Shown piece by piece: positions 35,312-44,136 of a DNA stretch of 64,000 bases. Positions within the stretch are counted from its first letter, which is position 1; every line of letters starts with the position of its first letter. The stretch is from an uncultured Piscirickettsiaceae bacterium (GTDB taxonomy: Bacteria; Pseudomonadota; Gammaproteobacteria; Thiomicrospirales; Thiomicrospiraceae). Under the pieces are notes generated by a model. That model saw nothing but the letters and a program-made list of their open reading frames with translations, searched no databases and had not been told where the DNA came from. Where the stretch lies: the NCBI GenBank assembly GCA_964427185.1, contig CAYRSN010000003.1:307-64306 (forward strand), in the 5' to 3' direction. A program made the position numbers and the translations under genes.

Positions 35312-36007
35312 TCAAGCATCCAAACTTGCTGTATCCACAGTAATACCAGGACCCATCGTGCTACTTACCGCAACTTTCTTCAGATAAACACCTTTTGCGG
35401 AAGAGGGTCTTAGTTTTTGAAGATCACTTAACAAAGCTTCCAAGTTTTCTTTCAGTTGCTCAGGCGTAAAGCTGGCTTTACCGATTGGCGCATGAACGAT
35501 ACCTGCCTTATCTACCCGGTAACGCACTTGACCTGCTTTAGCATTTTTAACAGCCTCTGCCACATTCGGCGTGACCGTGCCTGTTTTAGGATTAGGCATT
35601 AAGCCGCGTGGCCCCAGAATCTGACCTAACTGCCCCACAACACGCATCGCATCAGGACTTGCAACTACCACGTCAAAATCCATCATGCCTTTTTTAATCT
35701 CTTCCGCCAGGTCTTCCATGCCTACATAGTCGGCACCCGCAGCCTTTGCTGCTTCAGCTTGCGCCTCACCTGTAAACACCGCAACCTTAACGTTTTTACC
35801 CGTGCCATGTGGCAGCACTGTAGCACCCCGAACAACCTGATCTGATTTACGAGGATCCACACCCAAACGAATCGCAGCATCCACAGACTCATCAAATTTG
35901 GCGGTCGCAAACTCTTTCACCAAATTAAAGGCATCTTCTGCACTATAAACCTTGGTGGTATCCAGCTTTTCCTTGATCAATTTTTGCTTTTTTGTCAGCT
36001 TTGCCAT
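35312..36007 (-). CDS. rplA: 50S ribosomal protein L1
   Basis: Starts [16 protein letters not shown] and contains [14 protein letters not shown] and [15 protein letters not shown]. Confidence 0.97.
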   Translation of the reverse strand: MAKLTKKQKLIKEKLDTTKVYSAEDAFNLVKEFATAKFDESVDAAIRLGVDPRKSDQVVRGATVLPHGTGKNVKVAVFTGEAQAEAAKAAGADYVGMEDLAEEIKKGMMDFDVVVASPDAMRVVGQLGQILGPRGLMPNPKTGTVTPNVAEAVKNAKAGQVRYRVDKAGIVHAPIGKASFTPEQLKENLEALLSDLQKLRPSSAKGVYLKKVAVSSTMGPGITVDTASLDA

Positions 36008-36010
36008 CTA

Positions 36011-36442
36011 TCAACCCTCCACCACATCGATGCCCATGCTGCGCGCAGAGCCTTCGATAATCTTCATCGCAGCATCAATATCATTTGCATTCAAGTCCGG
36101 CATCTTCAGCTCAGCAATTTCTTTAATCTGAGCTTTTGTTACCTTGCCCACCTTGTCCAAGTTAGGCACGCTGCTTCCTTTCTGGACACCGGCTGCTTTT
36201 TTCAACAGGAATGATGCTGGCGGAGTCTTAACAACAAAGCTAAATGAACGGTCGTTATATACCGTGATAATAACAGGCACTGGCATGCCTTTGTCCATGC
36301 TCTGCGTTTGTGCATTAAATGCCTTACAGAACTCCATAATATTTACACCGTGCTGACCCAAAGCAGGACCAACCGGTGGTGAAGGGTTTGCACTGCCTGC
36401 AGGCACTTGCAGCTTAATATAGGCTTCTACTTTTTTCGCCAT
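36011..36442 (-). CDS. rplK: 50S ribosomal protein L11
   Basis: Starts [43 protein letters not shown]. Confidence 0.97.
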   Translation of the reverse strand: MAKKVEAYIKLQVPAGSANPSPPVGPALGQHGVNIMEFCKAFNAQTQSMDKGMPVPVIITVYNDRSFSFVVKTPPASFLLKKAAGVQKGSSVPNLDKVGKVTKAQIKEIAELKMPDLNANDIDAAMKIIEGSARSMGIDVVEG

Positions 36443-36496
36443 AACGTTCTCCTTTAATGGGTTAAAACGCCTCTCGGCTCCCCAAGCTTTTCAAAA

Positions 36497-37030
36497 CTAG
36501 AGCTTCTCAACCTGAGAGAAGTCCAGCTCAACAGGCGTGGAACGCCCAAAAATCAACACCGACACCTGAAGCTTGCTTTTGTCATAATCCACCCCCTCGA
36601 CAACAGCTTCAAAGTCAGTAAAGGGTCCATCAATTACTCGAACCATTTCTCCAGGTTCGAATAACACTTTAGGACGCGGCTTATCAACCACCTCCTCCAC
36701 CTTCTGGAGAATGCGATCCACTTCTTTCTGCGTAATTGGCGCCGGACGCTCTGGTGTGCCGCCAATAAACCCCATCACCTGAGGCACACTTTTCACCAGA
36801 TGCCAGCTATCCTCGTTCATGTCCATCTCTACCAGGACATATCCTGGAAAAAACTTTCGCTCACTCTTGCGCTTTTTGCCATCCTTGACTTCAACCACCT
36901 CTTCCGAGGGCACAAGAATTCGCCCAAAGCAGTCATCAAGCCCTGCACGCTCAATATATTCCTGCAACGCTTTTTTTACCTTATTCTCATACCCAGAATA
37001 AGCATGAACCACATACCATCGTTTTGCCAT
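36497..37030 (-). CDS. nusG: Transcription termination/antitermination factor NusG
   Basis: Starts [22 protein letters not shown], with FPGYVLVEM and a KOW region [18 protein letters not shown]. Confidence 0.96.
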   Translation of the reverse strand: MAKRWYVVHAYSGYENKVKKALQEYIERAGLDDCFGRILVPSEEVVEVKDGKKRKSERKFFPGYVLVEMDMNEDSWHLVKSVPQVMGFIGGTPERPAPITQKEVDRILQKVEEVVDKPRPKVLFEPGEMVRVIDGPFTDFEAVVEGVDYDKSKLQVSVLIFGRSTPVELDFSQVEKL

Positions 37031-37031
37031 T

Positions 37032-37421
37032 TCAGCCTCCGCGCCCTGTTAGCCACTGGATGGCCCACAAGAAAAACATATCCACCAACCAAAGAAAAAT
37101 ACCCATTACAATCACCACGATCACTATCATAAGCGTGGTTTGCAATGTTTCCTTTCGGGTTGGCCATACCACAAGACGCAGCTCTTTGCGTGTTTCTTGC
37201 AACCCCCCCCACCAGCGCTGCCCAAGCGGTGCCAAATAAAACAGGTATCCTCCCACACCCAGAGCCAACAACAAAACCCCTGCCCTTACAGCGAGATGTT
37301 GATCTCCAAGCATGTAATACGCAATGACACCAGACAGAACTATAACAATAGATACGATCAGCTTTACCTGACCCTGCGAACTGACTTGATCTGTCTCTAC
37401 CGTATGATGACGCTTACTCAT
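37032..37421 (-). CDS. secE: Preprotein translocase subunit SecE
   Basis: Three hydrophobic segments and the conserved [21 protein letters not shown] motif. I prefer the start at MSKRHH (37421). The listed ORF extends 12 codons further. Confidence 0.9.
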   Translation of the reverse strand: MSKRHHTVETDQVSSQGQVKLIVSIVIVLSGVIAYYMLGDQHLAVRAGVLLLALGVGGYLFYLAPLGQRWWGGLQETRKELRLVVWPTRKETLQTTLMIVIVVIVMGIFLWLVDMFFLWAIQWLTGRGG

Positions 37422-37469
37422 GACCGCCTTCAATAAAAACGACCTGCCTAAAGGCAAGTCGTAGAAATA

Positions 37470-37546
37470 TGGCAGGGGCAGTAGGATTCGAACCTACAAC
37501 CTGCGGATTTGGAATCCGCTGCTCTACCAATTAGAGCTATACCCCT
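37470..37546 (-). tRNA. tRNA-Trp (anticodon CCA)
   Basis: The reverse complement folds as a cloverleaf: acceptor AGGGGUA/UGCCCCU, anticodon arm GCGGA-UUCCAAA-UCCGC, T-arm GUAGG-UUCGAAU-CCUAC, encoded CCA. It sits in the canonical slot between tuf and secE. Confidence 0.95.
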
Positions 37547-37560
37547 ATAATGAAATAATG

Positions 37561-37586
37561 AAAAAGGGGGACTATACCATCCCCCT
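37561..37586 (-). terminator. Terminator-like hairpin after the upstream tuf copy
   Basis: The minus strand reads AGGGGGA-TGGTATAG-TCCCCCT followed by TTTT, 20 nt after the tuf TAA stop. Confidence 0.5.
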
Positions 37587-37599
37587 CACAAGTTTTCAA
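37571..37599 (-). promoter_or_regulatory. Putative promoter for tRNA-Trp-secE-nusG, overlapping the hairpin
   Basis: The minus strand reads TTGAAA, a 17-nt spacer, then TATAGT. The -10 hexamer lies in the loop of the 37561-37586 hairpin, about 25 nt upstream of the tRNA-Trp 5' end. Confidence 0.35.
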
Positions 37600-37606
37600 G
37601 AACCGC

Positions 37607-38797
37607 TTACTCGATCACTTTAGCAACAACACCTGCGCCAACGGTGCGACCGCCTTCACGGATCGCAAAACGCAGACCTTCGTCCATCGCGATTGGAGCA
37701 ATCAGCTCTACTGACATCTGAACGTTGTCACCAGGCATGACCATTTCTACACCTTCTGGTAGTTGACATGCACCGGTTACGTCTGTTGTACGGAAGTAGA
37801 ACTGTGGACGGTAGCCATTGAAGAATGGGGTGTGACGACCACCTTCTTCTTTGGTCAGCACGTATACTTCTGCTTCGAATTTGGTGTGTGGATTGATGGT
37901 GCCTGGCTGTGCCAGTACCTGGCCACGCTCTACTTCTTCACGCTTGGTGCCACGCAGTAGCACACCTACGTTATCACCCGCCACGCCTTCGTCCAGAAGT
38001 TTACGGAACATTTCTACACCGGTTACGGTGGTCTTTTGTGTTGGACGAATACCTACGATTTCTACTTCGTCACCTACACGAACGATACCGGTTTCAATAC
38101 GACCGGTTACTACGGTACCACGTCCCTGGATGGAGAATACGTCTTCAATCGGCATCAAGAACGGCTTGTCTGTGTCACGCTCTGGGGTCGGGATGTATTC
38201 GTCCATGGCGTTAACCAGACGCTCAATGGAGGGCTCTCCAATCTCTGAGGTGTCACCTTCAATGGCTTTCAGGGCTGAACCTGTAATAACAGGAACATCG
38301 TCTCCGGGGAAGTCGTATTCGCTCAGTAGTTCACGCACTTCCATTTCAACCAGTTCGAGCAGCTCTTCGTCGTCTACCATGTCTGCTTTGTTGAGGTATA
38401 CGACGATGTAAGGTACACCTACCTGACGAGATAGCAGGATGTGTTCACGGGTCTGTGGCATAGGACCATCTGCTGCTGACACAACCAGGATGGCACCATC
38501 CATCTGGGCTGCACCTGTGATCATGTTTTTGACGTAGTCGGCGTGACCCGGACAGTCTACGTGGGCGTAGTGACGATTCTCTGATTCGTATTCTACGTGT
38601 GCTGTAGAGATGGTAATACCACGCGCACGCTCTTCCGGTGCGTTGTCAATCTGGTCGTATGCTTTGGTTTCACCACCAAATTTCTTGCCCTGAACAATGG
38701 TCAGTGCCGCTGTCAGTGTGGTCTTGCCGTGGTCTACGTGACCAATTGTGCCCACGTTTACGTGGGGTTTCGTACGCTCAAACTTTTCCTTTGCCAT
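37607..38797 (-). CDS. tuf: Elongation factor Tu (copy downstream of the tRNA-Tyr-Gly-Thr cluster)
   Basis: The 396-aa product is identical to the 21211..22401 product. TAA stop. Confidence 0.98.
   Translation of the reverse strand: MAKEKFERTKPHVNVGTIGHVDHGKTTLTAALTIVQGKKFGGETKAYDQIDNAPEERARGITISTAHVEYESENRHYAHVDCPGHADYVKNMITGAAQMDGAILVVSAADGPMPQTREHILLSRQVGVPYIVVYLNKADMVDDEELLELVEMEVRELLSEYDFPGDDVPVITGSALKAIEGDTSEIGEPSIERLVNAMDEYIPTPERDTDKPFLMPIEDVFSIQGRGTVVTGRIETGIVRVGDEVEIVGIRPTQKTTVTGVEMFRKLLDEGVAGDNVGVLLRGTKREEVERGQVLAQPGTINPHTKFEAEVYVLTKEEGGRHTPFFNGYRPQFYFRTTDVTGACQLPEGVEMVMPGDNVQMSVELIAPIAMDEGLRFAIREGGRTVGAGVVAKVIE
37610..38797 (-). repeat. Second copy of the 1188-nt tuf repeat (partner 21214..22401)
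   Basis: Same evidence as for the partner. The flanks diverge immediately outside the start and stop codons. Confidence 0.85.
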
Positions 38798-38855
38798 GTC
38801 AAAGACCCTGTTTTATAAACTTAAACAACCGGCACGATGACCGGCTTCGAAAATC

Positions 38856-38931
38856 TGGAGCTCCCGACCAGGATCGAACTGGTGACCTCATCCTTACCAT
38901 GGATGCGCTCTACCAACTGAGCTACGGGAGC
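38856..38931 (-). tRNA. tRNA-Thr (anticodon GGU)
   Basis: Cloverleaf with acceptor GCUCCCG/CGGGAGC, anticodon arm CAUCC-AUGGUAA-GGAUG, T-arm ACCAG-UUCGAUC-CUGGU, encoded CCA. Confidence 0.95.
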
Positions 38932-38934
38932 AAA

Positions 38935-39009
38935 TGGAGCGGGCGATGGGAATCGAACCCACGTCATCGGCTTGGAAGGCCGAGGTAATAGCCACTATAC
39001 GACGCCCGC
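38935..39009 (-). tRNA. tRNA-Gly (anticodon UCC)
   Basis: Acceptor GCGGGCG/CGCCCGC and anticodon loop CUUCCAA. Nearly colinear with E. coli glyT. Encoded CCA. Confidence 0.95.
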
Positions 39010-39014
39010 GAAAA

Positions 39015-39099
39015 TGGTGGAGGGTGGTGGATTCGAACCACCGAAGGCTGAGCCAGCAGATTTACAGTCTGCCCCCTTTGACCGCTCGGGAAACCCTCC
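39015..39099 (-). tRNA. tRNA-Tyr (anticodon GUA)
   Basis: Acceptor GGAGGGU/ACCCUCC, anticodon arm GCAGA-CUGUAAA-UCUGC, a long variable arm, encoded CCA. 85 nt. Confidence 0.95.
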
Positions 39100-39113
39100 G
39101 AAATTTCGAGCGT

Positions 39114-39141
39114 ATTTTAGAGGTTATCGAGCACATGTCAA
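39114..39141 (-). promoter_or_regulatory. Strong sigma70 promoter for the tRNA-Tyr-Gly-Thr-tuf transcription unit
   Basis: The minus strand reads a perfect TTGACA, a 16-nt spacer, then TAAAAT. The -10 ends 14 nt before the tRNA-Tyr 5' end. An A/T-rich UP-like tract (ATAAAAAATAAATTTTAAG) lies upstream, and the GC-rich CGCTCG follows the -10. Confidence 0.55.
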
Positions 39142-39178
39142 GTCATTTCAGCTTAAAATTTATTTTTTATTACATAGT

Positions 39179-40477
39179 ATGGCCACAACCATGATCAATA
39201 TCACCTACGACCAACAACATATCTGGCACCCCTATAGCTGCATCCCCCCCTCCCATCCACCACTTCCCGTTGCTGCAACTGAAGGTTGTGAAATCATCCT
39301 TGAAGACGGACGAAGGCTTATAGACGGCATGAGCTCCTGGTGGGCGGCTATCCATGGCTACAACCACCCCAAGTTACTTGCTGCAGCAGCAAGACAACTG
39401 AAGACCATGCCGCATATTATGTTTGGCGGCCTGACTCATGAGCCTGCCATTGACCTTGCCGAGCACCTGGTCACACTCTCCCCTGCCCCCCTAAAAAAGG
39501 TCTTTTTTGCAGACAGTGGCTCAGTGGCGGTAGAGGTAGCACTTAAAATCGCTTTGCAATACTGGATAGCGCGGCGAAAACCTGAGAAAAATCGTTTTCT
39601 AACTGTACATGCAGGCTATCATGGTGACACCTTTGGCGCCATGAGCGTCACCGACCCAATCGGCGGCATGCACAGCCTGTTTGCCGGTATTCTGCCAAAA
39701 CACTTTTTTGCCCCCTCACCCACAATGGGGTTTACACACCACCCTACAGAGCCCGCAGAAGACATTCAGGCCTTGGCAAGCATTCTGCAGACACATCACC
39801 ATAAAATTGCCGCCATTATTATCGAGCCTATTGTGCAAGGTGCTGGTGGTATGCGCTTCTACCGCCCTGCCTATCTGCGTCAATTACGTGCCCTTGCGGA
39901 TGACCATGATGTATTACTGATTTTTGATGAAATAGCCACCGGGTTCGGACGTACCGGTAAACTGTTTGCCAGCGAATGGAGCGGTATCAGCCCGGATATT
40001 ATGACACTGGGCAAAGCGCTGACGGGAGGCATGATGACGCTGGCTGCCACATTAACAACAGAAAACATCGCTTTTACACTCTGCAGCAATCCACCTCACG
40101 CGCTCATGCATGGGCCAACCTTTATGGCCAACCCTACTGCATGCGCTGTCGCCAACGCCAGCATAAAACTTTTATTGGAAACACCCTGGAAAACCTACGT
40201 CCACCATATTGAACAAACGCTTCAACACGGCTTTAGCCCATTGAACCATCACCCCGGCGTAAAAGATGTGCGCACACTTGGTGCAATCGGCGTTATTGAA
40301 CTTATTCGAGATGATTTAGCGCAACCCATCCAAGACGCTTGTGTACGACACGGCATCTGGCTACGTCCTTTTGGGCGTTTAGTCTATACCATGCCGCCTT
40401 TTATTATTTCAGATACACAATTATCCCAGCTGATCGATGGCATGGTTAACGCTGTTCAAGAAGTCGTTCCAGCTTAG
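39179..40477 (+). CDS. bioA: Adenosylmethionine-8-amino-7-oxononanoate aminotransferase
   Basis: HIWHPYS, GMSSWWAAIHGYNHP, DSGSVAVEVALKIALQYW, EPIVQGAGGMR, DEIATGFGRTGKLFA and LGKALTGG are colinear with E. coli BioA. The listed ORF start at 38972 runs through the tRNA genes, so I reject it. Confidence 0.93.
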   Translation: MATTMINITYDQQHIWHPYSCIPPSHPPLPVAATEGCEIILEDGRRLIDGMSSWWAAIHGYNHPKLLAAAARQLKTMPHIMFGGLTHEPAIDLAEHLVTLSPAPLKKVFFADSGSVAVEVALKIALQYWIARRKPEKNRFLTVHAGYHGDTFGAMSVTDPIGGMHSLFAGILPKHFFAPSPTMGFTHHPTEPAEDIQALASILQTHHHKIAAIIIEPIVQGAGGMRFYRPAYLRQLRALADDHDVLLIFDEIATGFGRTGKLFASEWSGISPDIMTLGKALTGGMMTLAATLTTENIAFTLCSNPPHALMHGPTFMANPTACAVANASIKLLLETPWKTYVHHIEQTLQHGFSPLNHHPGVKDVRTLGAIGVIELIRDDLAQPIQDACVRHGIWLRPFGRLVYTMPPFIISDTQLSQLIDGMVNAVQEVVPA

Positions 40478-40510
40478 GGCTTTGCTTTAATGCCCCTTTA
40501 TGTTTACCCG

Positions 40511-41602
40511 CTACACGTTAAAGCGAAAGTGCATGATATCTCCATCCTGCACGATATATTCCTTGCCTTCCAGGCGCATCTTCCCTGCCTCTTTTGCCCC
40601 CTGCTCTCCACCACAACGGATAAAGTCCTCGTAAGCAATGACCTCTGCACGAATAAAGCCTTTTTGGAAGTCCGTATGAATAACACCGGCCGCTTCAGGT
40701 GCTGTTGCACCTTGCTTAACCGTCCAAGCACGCACCTCTTTTTCGCCTGCAGTAAAGTAAGTCTGCAACCCCAACAACTCATAACCTGCACGAATAACTC
40801 GATTAAGACCCGGCTCATCCAGCCCCATTTCCTGAAGAAAATCTGCCTTTTCCTCCTCTTCCAGCTCAGCAATTTCTGCTTCAATCGCAGCACACACCGG
40901 CACAACCGGTGCACCTTCTGCTTCTGCATAGGCACACAGCGCTTCTAAATGCGGATTTCCCTCAAAACCGTCTTCATTTACGTTGGCGATATACATCATG
41001 GGCTTGATTGTCAGCAAGTGCAGATCATATAAAGCTGCATACTCTTCTTCCGACAACCCCAAAGAGCGAATCAGCTTACCCTGCTCCAGACCTGCCAGCA
41101 CTTTTTCAAACAGCTCAAGCTGCGCTTTAGCCTCCTTATCACCGGATTTTGCTTTACGCTGCACTTTGGCAATTGCCTTTTCCAAAGACTCCATATCCGC
41201 CAACATGAGCTCAGTGTTAATTACCTCAATATCCGAACGCGGATCCACCTTGCCAGCCACATGCACGATATCATCATTCTCGAAGCAGCGTACAACTTGG
41301 GCAATCGCATCGGTCTCTCGAATATTAGCCAGAAACTTATTACCCAACCCTTCGCCTTTGGAAGCACCTTCCACCAATCCCGCAATATCCACAAACTCCA
41401 TGGTGGTATATAGCGTTCGCTGCGGCTTCACAATCTCTGCAATCTTATCGGCACGAGGATCCGGTACCGGCACCACCCCCACATTTGGCTCAATGGTACA
41501 AAACGGGTAGTTCGCCGATTCAATACCTGCATTTGTCAAAGCATTAAACAGCGTGGACTTCCCAACATTCGGCAAACCAACAATACCGCACTTAAACCCC
41601 AT
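40511..41602 (-). CDS. ychF: Ribosome-binding ATPase YchF
   Basis: Starts [23 protein letters not shown]. 363 aa. The C-terminal TGS-like region carries [31 protein letters not shown]. Confidence 0.96.
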   Translation of the reverse strand: MGFKCGIVGLPNVGKSTLFNALTNAGIESANYPFCTIEPNVGVVPVPDPRADKIAEIVKPQRTLYTTMEFVDIAGLVEGASKGEGLGNKFLANIRETDAIAQVVRCFENDDIVHVAGKVDPRSDIEVINTELMLADMESLEKAIAKVQRKAKSGDKEAKAQLELFEKVLAGLEQGKLIRSLGLSEEEYAALYDLHLLTIKPMMYIANVNEDGFEGNPHLEALCAYAEAEGAPVVPVCAAIEAEIAELEEEEKADFLQEMGLDEPGLNRVIRAGYELLGLQTYFTAGEKEVRAWTVKQGATAPEAAGVIHTDFQKGFIRAEVIAYEDFIRCGGEQGAKEAGKMRLEGKEYIVQDGDIMHFRFNV

Positions 41603-41611
41603 ACTTCACCT

Positions 41612-42190
41612 TTAAGTTTTACTGTGTAAATGATTCATTACCACGGCCCAATCGCCCCGTACGATTTCCGGCAGATAACGGATGGCCTCATCCATCGCAC
41701 TTTCAATTGACACACGCTCTGCCTTAGCCGGTGCTTTCAATACATAATCCACTACCTGATTGCGATCTCCCGGGTGGTCGATACCAATCCGCAGACGCGC
41801 AAAGTCACGACTTCCCAAGGCCTTTATAATATCTTTCAGGCCATTATGCCCTCCATGCCCCCCTCCTCTTTTCAAACGCGCTACACCCGCAGGCAAATCC
41901 AGCTCATCATGTACAACCAGAATGGATTCAGGTGGCAACTTATAAAACCTCGCTAACGCAGAAACACTCTGACCGCTGCGGTTCATAAAAGTACCAGGCT
42001 TCAACAGCCATACATCCTGACCTGCTACCTGTATACGCACCGTCTCTCCCAAGAATTTAGCCTCTGGACGCAGTACGCTACCATATTGACGCGCTACTTC
42101 GTCCACAAACCAAAAACCGGCGTTGTGCCGGGTTTGCGAATATTTGGCACCGGGATTTCCCAGTCCAACAATCAGCTTCACCTTGCACAT
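41612..42190 (-). CDS. pth: Peptidyl-tRNA hydrolase
   Basis: Contains LIVGLGNPGAKYSQTRHNAGFW, and HDELDLPAGVARLKRGGGHGGHNGLKDI. Confidence 0.96.
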   Translation of the reverse strand: MCKVKLIVGLGNPGAKYSQTRHNAGFWFVDEVARQYGSVLRPEAKFLGETVRIQVAGQDVWLLKPGTFMNRSGQSVSALARFYKLPPESILVVHDELDLPAGVARLKRGGGHGGHNGLKDIIKALGSRDFARLRIGIDHPGDRNQVVDYVLKAPAKAERVSIESAMDEAIRYLPEIVRGDWAVVMNHLHSKT

Positions 42191-42224
42191 ACGCCGGTCT
42201 CGATCGTATCGCGCTTAAAAACGC

Positions 42225-42821
42225 TTATTTTTTAATTTTTGGCTTCGATACAGCTACAACGGCCTGATCATACTCTGGCTTACCATGTAGTAGCGCTGTC
42301 AACTCCACGCCTTCTGGCAAAACCAGGTCTGACAGACGTTTGGTTGTACCCGGACCCATATCTGCCACATCCACAACAATTTCAGTAGGCAGATCTTTCG
42401 GATAACAACGAATTTCTACAGAAGACAGGAAGAAAGTCATAAAGCCACCCATTTTTACGCCAGGCGCTTTATCCTGTCCTTCAAAACGAAGGGGCACACG
42501 TTTTTTAATTTTGCGGCTCTCATCAATTCGCTGAAAATCCACATGGGTAACACGACCATTTACCTGATGACGCTGAACCTCTTTCAGCACAGCCGTCTCT
42601 TTTTCTCCACCTTCCACTTCGATCTCAATAATCGTGTTGTACACTCGTGGATCTTCAATGGTATGCTCGATAAAGTTACTTTCGATGGTAATCAGCACCG
42701 GAGCTTTATCCGCACCATAAATGACACCCGGCACCTTACCCTGATGACGAAGGCGGCGGCTCGCACCTTTCCCTTCATCTGTGCGCTTTTGCACTTTCCA
42801 AACCGTGTTATATCCAGACAT
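42225..42821 (-). CDS. rplY: 50S ribosomal protein L25 / general stress protein Ctc (long form)
   Basis: Contains GKGASRRLRHQGKVPGVIYG and VLKEVQRHQVNGRVTHVDFQRI. 198 aa. Sits in the canonical prs-ctc-pth-ychF order. Confidence 0.93.
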   Translation of the reverse strand: MSGYNTVWKVQKRTDEGKGASRRLRHQGKVPGVIYGADKAPVLITIESNFIEHTIEDPRVYNTIIEIEVEGGEKETAVLKEVQRHQVNGRVTHVDFQRIDESRKIKKRVPLRFEGQDKAPGVKMGGFMTFFLSSVEIRCYPKDLPTEIVVDVADMGPGTTKRLSDLVLPEGVELTALLHGKPEYDQAVVAVSKPKIKK

Positions 42822-42937
42822 AAGTCTTCTCCTAATTCAGTTCAAATAGTACCGACTTGACACGCGACCATGCCCGACGGCACCCTCTCCTTATCACAAA
42901 GGAGAGCGGCATTATACTGATTTCAAAAGAAAACGCC

Positions 42938-42965
42938 ACAAAAACGCCCGCATAAGCGGGCGTTT
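42938..42965 (-). terminator. Rho-independent terminator after prs
   Basis: The minus strand reads AAACGCCCGC-TTAT-GCGGGCGTTT, a perfect 10-bp stem running into TTTTTGTGGCGTTTTC, 28 nt after the prs stop. Confidence 0.75.
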
Positions 42966-42992
42966 AAATGAGAGCACATCCAGCCAAGAAGC

Positions 42993-43958
42993 TTATCCAC
43001 GCCATCCCATCAAGGCAGTCACAGACTCTTCTTGATTCACACGACGAATTGCCTCGCCCAAAATCTGGGAAATGCTAATCTGACGAATTTTCTCACAGTT
43101 TTTAGCCGTTACATCCAGCAGAATCGTATCGGTTACCACCAGCTCTGTCAGCACAGAGTTTTTAATATTCTCAACCGCAGGCCCGGAAAGCACAGGATGC
43201 GTCACATAGGCTGAGACAGTTTTAGCGCCATGCTCCATCAAAGCGGCTGCTCCTTTACACAAGGTGCCAGCCGTATCAACCATATCATCAATAATAATAC
43301 AGTCACGCCCTTCAATATCACCAATGATATTCATCACCTCAGACACATTTGCTTTGGGGCGACGTTTATCAATAATTGCCAAATCCACATTAACTGCCTT
43401 GGCAACTGCACGGGCACGCACAACCCCACCTACATCAGGGGAAACGATGACCACATTGTCCAACGCCTTGGTTTCATACATATCCTGAACCAAGCGGGTT
43501 GAGCCATAAATGTTATCCACCGGAATATCAAAAAACCCCTGGATCTGATCGGCGTGCAAATCAACCGTAATCACACGGTCAGCACCCGCCACTGTAATAA
43601 AGTCAGCCGCCAAACGTGCGGTAATCGGCACACGGGAAGAGTGTGGCCGCCGATCCTGACGCGCAAAACCATAATAAGGTATTACAGCTGTAATGCGTTT
43701 AGCTGAGGCGCGGCGTAGCGCATCCATCATGCAACACAGCTCCATCAGGTTTGCCGCCGGCTGAGGGGAGCAGGTGGGCTGAAGTACGTACACGTCACGA
43801 CCGCGCACGGATTCCTCAATTTCCACCATGACCTCACCATCACTGAAACGACCAACTTTAGCCTTCCCAAGAGGTAGATCAAGATAAGAGGCAATATGTT
43901 CGGCAAGCGGAATATTCGCATTGCCAGCAAAAAGCGTAACGGAAGAATTCTGTGCCAT
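42993..43958 (-). CDS. prs: Ribose-phosphate pyrophosphokinase
   Basis: Contains [43 protein letters not shown], and the PRPP loop [12 protein letters not shown]. Confidence 0.97.
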   Translation of the reverse strand: MAQNSSVTLFAGNANIPLAEHIASYLDLPLGKAKVGRFSDGEVMVEIEESVRGRDVYVLQPTCSPQPAANLMELCCMMDALRRASAKRITAVIPYYGFARQDRRPHSSRVPITARLAADFITVAGADRVITVDLHADQIQGFFDIPVDNIYGSTRLVQDMYETKALDNVVIVSPDVGGVVRARAVAKAVNVDLAIIDKRRPKANVSEVMNIIGDIEGRDCIIIDDMVDTAGTLCKGAAALMEHGAKTVSAYVTHPVLSGPAVENIKNSVLTELVVTDTILLDVTAKNCEKIRQISISQILGEAIRRVNQEESVTALMGWRG

Positions 43959-43997
43959 TAAAGGCTGTCTCCTAAGGCAAGGATGCTTTAAGGAAGA

Positions 43998-44072
43998 TGG
44001 CTGGGCCGGGAGGATTCGAACCTCCGCATGGCAGGATCAAAACCTGCTGCCTTACCGCTTGGCGACGGCCCA
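43998..44072 (-). tRNA. tRNA-Gln (anticodon UUG)
   Basis: Acceptor UGGGCCG/CGGCCCA, D-arm CGCCAAGCGGUAAGGC, anticodon arm GCAGG-UUUUGAU-CCUGC, T-arm GGAGG-UUCGAAU-CCUCC, ending GCCA. 75 nt, colinear with E. coli tRNA-Gln. Confidence 0.93.
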
Positions 44073-44094
44073 GCAGAGCAACGAGACAGGTGCG

Positions 44095-44122
44095 TATTAT
44101 GCCAATCAGAAAACAAAAATCA
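44095..44122 (-). promoter_or_regulatory. Putative promoter for tRNA-Gln / prs
   Basis: The minus strand reads TTGATT, a 16-nt spacer, then CATAAT, about 22 nt upstream of the tRNA 5' end. Hexamer reading only. Confidence 0.3.
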
Positions 44123-44136
44123 AGTCTCATTTTCAC

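Noticed and set aside
38972-39178. An N-terminal extension of the bioA ORF (the 501-aa version).
   Set aside because: The extension reads through tRNA-Gly and tRNA-Tyr on the opposite strand and through the tRNA promoter. Homology to BioA begins at MATTMINITYDQQHIWHPY (39179).
40490-40948. Two ORFs of about 145-150 aa (plus strand 40490-40948, minus strand 40504-40935) overlapping the ychF 3' region.
   Set aside because: YchF homology is continuous in its own frame. These ORFs are alternative-frame or antisense, with Cys/Arg-rich nonsense translations.
42888-42909. An 8-bp hairpin (CTCTCCTT-atcaca-AAGGAGAG) upstream of rplY.
   Set aside because: The stem is short and has no U-tract on the coding strand. 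It may be part of an rplY leader, but I cannot support any function from sequence alone.
43959-44136. tRNA-Gln as a possible genomic-island integration site.
   Set aside because: There is no integrase, no direct repeat of the tRNA 3' end, and no compositional break on either side. The flanking genes (prs, the TPR lipoprotein) are conserved core genes.
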